This document shows, piece after piece, positions 61,867 to 64,000 of a DNA stretch of 64,000 nucleotides. The notes under the pieces were generated by a model that was given only the letters and a program-made list of their open reading frames with translations, searched no databases and had not been told where the DNA came from. The DNA lies in NCBI GenBank assembly GCA_044867445.1, contig JBIOUY010000300.1, positions 5,435 to 69,434 on the forward strand. The letters are read 5' to 3'. This stretch comes from Gemmatimonadales bacterium. Its GTDB lineage: Bacteria; Gemmatimonadota; Gemmatimonadetes; Gemmatimonadales; GWC2-71-9. A program made the translations under genes and the position numbers. Positions within the stretch are counted from its first letter, which is position 1; every line of letters begins with the position of its first letter.

Positions 61867-62088
61867 TGGGTGCTCCTTCCCACACGGGCCGCGCAACACT
61901 GCGAGATCTACCGCACCGTACTGGCCGTTGGAAGCGCCGGCGCCCGACTAGCGCGCGCACCCCCTGCGACCCCCTGGAATGGTTCGGCCGGGCTGGTGGA
62001 GCAAAGGCCTGGTCACGCGACCTCGAGCTGTTCGCTGGCAGAATGTTCAGCGGCGGCGATGTCACCAGAAAAAAAGGGAAATTGGCTG

Positions 62089-62373
62089 TCAAAATAGCTC
62101 GGCCCCGACGCGCCCCTGTAGCGCCTGAATCTTTCTGTCGAATCTTCCGAGACGATTGCGATTCTTAAGTACCTTCAGGACCCAGCCATCCCATCCGTCA
62201 CTGAGATCACGCACCAGCGATGTTTGAGCTTGACCGCTCTCACCTATTGTGCGAATCGATTGCCAGCGCCCATTAATCACAGACACGTCACCCCCGACCT
62301 TGCGCGATTGAGACGAAGAGGTTGTCCACTCGCGTCTCGCGCGGCGGGCGGAGGTCCGATCCGTGAGCTGCAT
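62089..62373 (-). pseudogene. protein-kinase N-lobe remnant (Gly-loop + VxK + RF.R.I..L), truncated
   Basis: INGRWQSIRTIGESGQAQTSLVRD...WVLKVLKNRNRLGRFDRKIQAL matches Hanks subdomains I-III. The ORF stops right after, and no catalytic HRD/DFG region follows in any frame. Confidence 0.45.
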
Positions 62374-62417
62374 GGGGCGGTTCAGGTAGCAGCGGCAGCG
62401 GTCAACCCGCCACCATC

Positions 62418-63038
62418 TTAGCTGAAGCCATATTCGTGGAGGTCGAATCGTCGGCGAATCTTATCGTGTGGAACTCTCTCGTGGCCATAGGCATCGACGA
62501 ATGCCCCAAATACCTGGATGCGCCCCTTGGCGGGGGCGCAGACTCCAGACTTTGCAAGCTTTACTCCCCGTTTGGCAGCGCTAGCCCAAGGTTCAACTCT
62601 CAAGTCTCGCGTGGGCGACACAGGGAAGTCGTCCTCATGAATCCAGATTTTGGCAGACATGGCACTCAGTGAGGACTTTACATTAATCGTACGTAGCCGA
62701 GGCCGGTTCGCAGTCTTGATCTCCGCCATCAGTGAGTCCATGAGCCGGCGGATGATGCGACTATTCGCTGCTTGCCCTAGGTCTGGATCCTGCCAGTACT
62801 GTCCGCGGTAGCCTGCCGGAGAGTTGAAGAAGGCATCGAATGCCAATGGCGCTTCGAAAGTCAAGACGGGCCGTACAGCGCCTTGCATGCCAGGAGCGTA
62901 ACCATCTTCGTCCGAGACGCTGATTGCTCGCATATCGTTCGCCACTAGATCGATGATTGCATCGAAACTGGGCACGGCCTTCAGTGCCCGACACCGCGCG
63001 TCGGGAAAGCCAGATTCGAAGGTCCAAGAGGTCGACAT
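62418..63038 (-). CDS. hypothetical protein (206 aa), no recognisable domain
   Basis: Intact ORF in a low-GC segment, between the FRG gene and the kinase remnant. Confidence 0.55.
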   Translation of the reverse strand: MSTSWTFESGFPDARCRALKAVPSFDAIIDLVANDMRAISVSDEDGYAPGMQGAVRPVLTFEAPLAFDAFFNSPAGYRGQYWQDPDLGQAANSRIIRRLMDSLMAEIKTANRPRLRTINVKSSLSAMSAKIWIHEDDFPVSPTRDLRVEPWASAAKRGVKLAKSGVCAPAKGRIQVFGAFVDAYGHERVPHDKIRRRFDLHEYGFS

Positions 63039-63194
63039 ACGTCGAGATTCGTTTTCGGCGTAGCGGCATGCGCATCAGCTGCAGGCCCTCAGGCCCGCAC
63101 CCACGCAAACCTGCGTATCGTTTGATGGCGCCTCCGGGAGCTGCCGCCGGCGCGGAGCTTCGCGCCCATTCGGCCTGGCCGCTGCAAAAGCGGG

Positions 63195-63992
63195 TTAGGC
63201 CGTAGCCTTCTCCACGCCCCAACCTGACCTGATCTCTTTGGAGAGGTGTTCAAGGTCGTAGTAGGTGGTGAATTGGTTGATACTTAGCCGACCGAGCTCT
63301 CGCAAAAGATCCTTCTTCTTTGTCCCGTCAATCAGAATCGCAATGGAGGTCTTGTTCGTTACCTCCGAAGCGCCGTGCATATGGAGCGTAAAGCAAGAGC
63401 CTTGTTGACCGATCCTGCCTGGTACGATATCGGGTCGGACGGGCAGGATACCGGGTTTGTGATCGGGTTTCGGATCGTTCCAAAACGATAGGCCAATCGC
63501 GTAATGGACAAAAGGATGGCGCATTGTCATTACAGCTTGGTAGAGCGGCTCAGGCGCCGTCTTTTTTGCCCCTTTGGGAATCACCTTTCGAGCATCCATG
63601 GCGTAGACCACGCCATCAATTCCCGGATCTTCGCTGGAGGCGAAAAAGAGCGCAGCGAGAGGATTTGTCGACCAATCAAGCAAACGGGTAGGCATTCCGT
63701 AGTGCTGGGCCGTGAAGTAAATGTCCACTATACCCTGGTCCTTAAGGAATGCGGCTCCCGCACTGCGAAACTGCGCAAGCATCTCTCGCTCAAGATGCAG
63801 ACGCTTGTCTTCCGTCTTGTCAGAACTCTTCAACTTTAGGTTGTTCGCCCTCGCCGTGAAGTCGGAGCGGTAAACGCCGGGTATCTGACTCGGATACTCG
63901 CGACTCACGCCTCGGTACCAGAGTTGACTCAGAAATCCTCTGTCGTCCTTAGCCCCCTCTTGAACTGTTTGCCATGTGCCGAGCCGGCCCAA
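63195..63992 (-). CDS. FRG-domain protein
   Basis: LWYRGVS (FRG-motif position), AQHYGMPTRLLDWSTNPLAALFFA and GRIGQQGSCFTLH match the FRG-domain signatures. The ORF-track start is TTG, 9 nt from the window end, so the true 5' end is uncertain. Confidence 0.85.
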   Translation of the reverse strand: MGRLGTWQTVQEGAKDDRGFLSQLWYRGVSREYPSQIPGVYRSDFTARANNLKLKSSDKTEDKRLHLEREMLAQFRSAGAAFLKDQGIVDIYFTAQHYGMPTRLLDWSTNPLAALFFASSEDPGIDGVVYAMDARKVIPKGAKKTAPEPLYQAVMTMRHPFVHYAIGLSFWNDPKPDHKPGILPVRPDIVPGRIGQQGSCFTLHMHGASEVTNKTSIAILIDGTKKKDLLRELGRLSINQFTTYYDLEHLSKEIRSGWGVEKATA

Positions 63993-64000
63993 GAAGTCGC

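Larger units (their letters stand above)
54029..64000. mobile_element. putative genomic (defence) island integrated at a tRNA-Met gene lying beyond the right window edge
   Basis: The tRNA 3' fragment at the low-coordinate end has the orientation expected for attR. There is a drop in GC by eye. Cargo is type I R-M plus an FRG-domain gene. No integrase is seen; it is expected next to the intact tRNA. Confidence 0.5.

Noticed and set aside
61975-62010. The tggtggagc / ggttcggcc strings resemble a tRNA CCA end and T-loop.
   Set aside because: No cloverleaf can be drawn, and the T-loop consensus and stems are absent.

Overview
High-GC (by eye about 65-68%) bacterial chromosomal segment. The protein set and repeat style suggest a Gemmatimonadota/Acidobacteriota-like soil bacterium, but this is unverified.

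Layout:
- 1-38.7 kb: one uninterrupted minus-strand array of about 40 housekeeping genes, many joined by ATGA/GTGA start-stop overlaps. Order: ispA', xseBA, folD, rny, zapA, pheST, rplT-rpmI-infC, MBL hydrolase, DEDD exonuclease, arginine deiminase, D-aminoacylase, rex, rsmA, an RsbU/W/V-like partner-switching trio, pta, coaD, rsmD, recJ, dnaG, mutS2, yqeY, rpsU, HIT, rsmE, prmA, dnaJ, hrcA, hemW, dprA, obg.
- 38.8-50.1 kb: mixed-strand genes. These are a Wzi-like outer-membrane protein, heptose kinase, an orphan hypothetical, tRNA-Val(CAC), an orphan response regulator, an M28 peptidase, kynA plus a kynureninase-like gene, and a large lipoprotein.
- 50.3 kb to the window end: this looks accessory. 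Two homologous tRNA-Met 3'-fragment-like segments in direct orientation (50266-50296 degenerate, 53987-54028 clean) bracket comA-prpD-ligD(pol). They are followed by a lower-GC type I R-M operon (hsdR-hsdS-hsdM), a ferredoxin pair, and a low-GC trio (FRG-domain protein, unknown 206-aa protein, protein-kinase N-lobe remnant).

Most unusual non-genic signals:
1. Gene junctions are filled by mirror arrays of short tandem repeats. Each locus uses its own k-mer. One pair lies inside the mutS2 coding sequence, and one pair brackets a frameshifted four-helix-bundle (23S-IVS-type) gene.
2. An 85-90 bp structured dispersed repeat family has 6 copies in three intergenic regions.
3. A 23-nt GA-bulged hairpin motif occurs three times in the pheS/pheT leaders.
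4. A perfect Rex operator sits in front of rex.

No CRISPR array, rRNA, transposase or integrase gene was seen in the window. All homology calls rest on my recognition of motifs in the translations; no database search was run.
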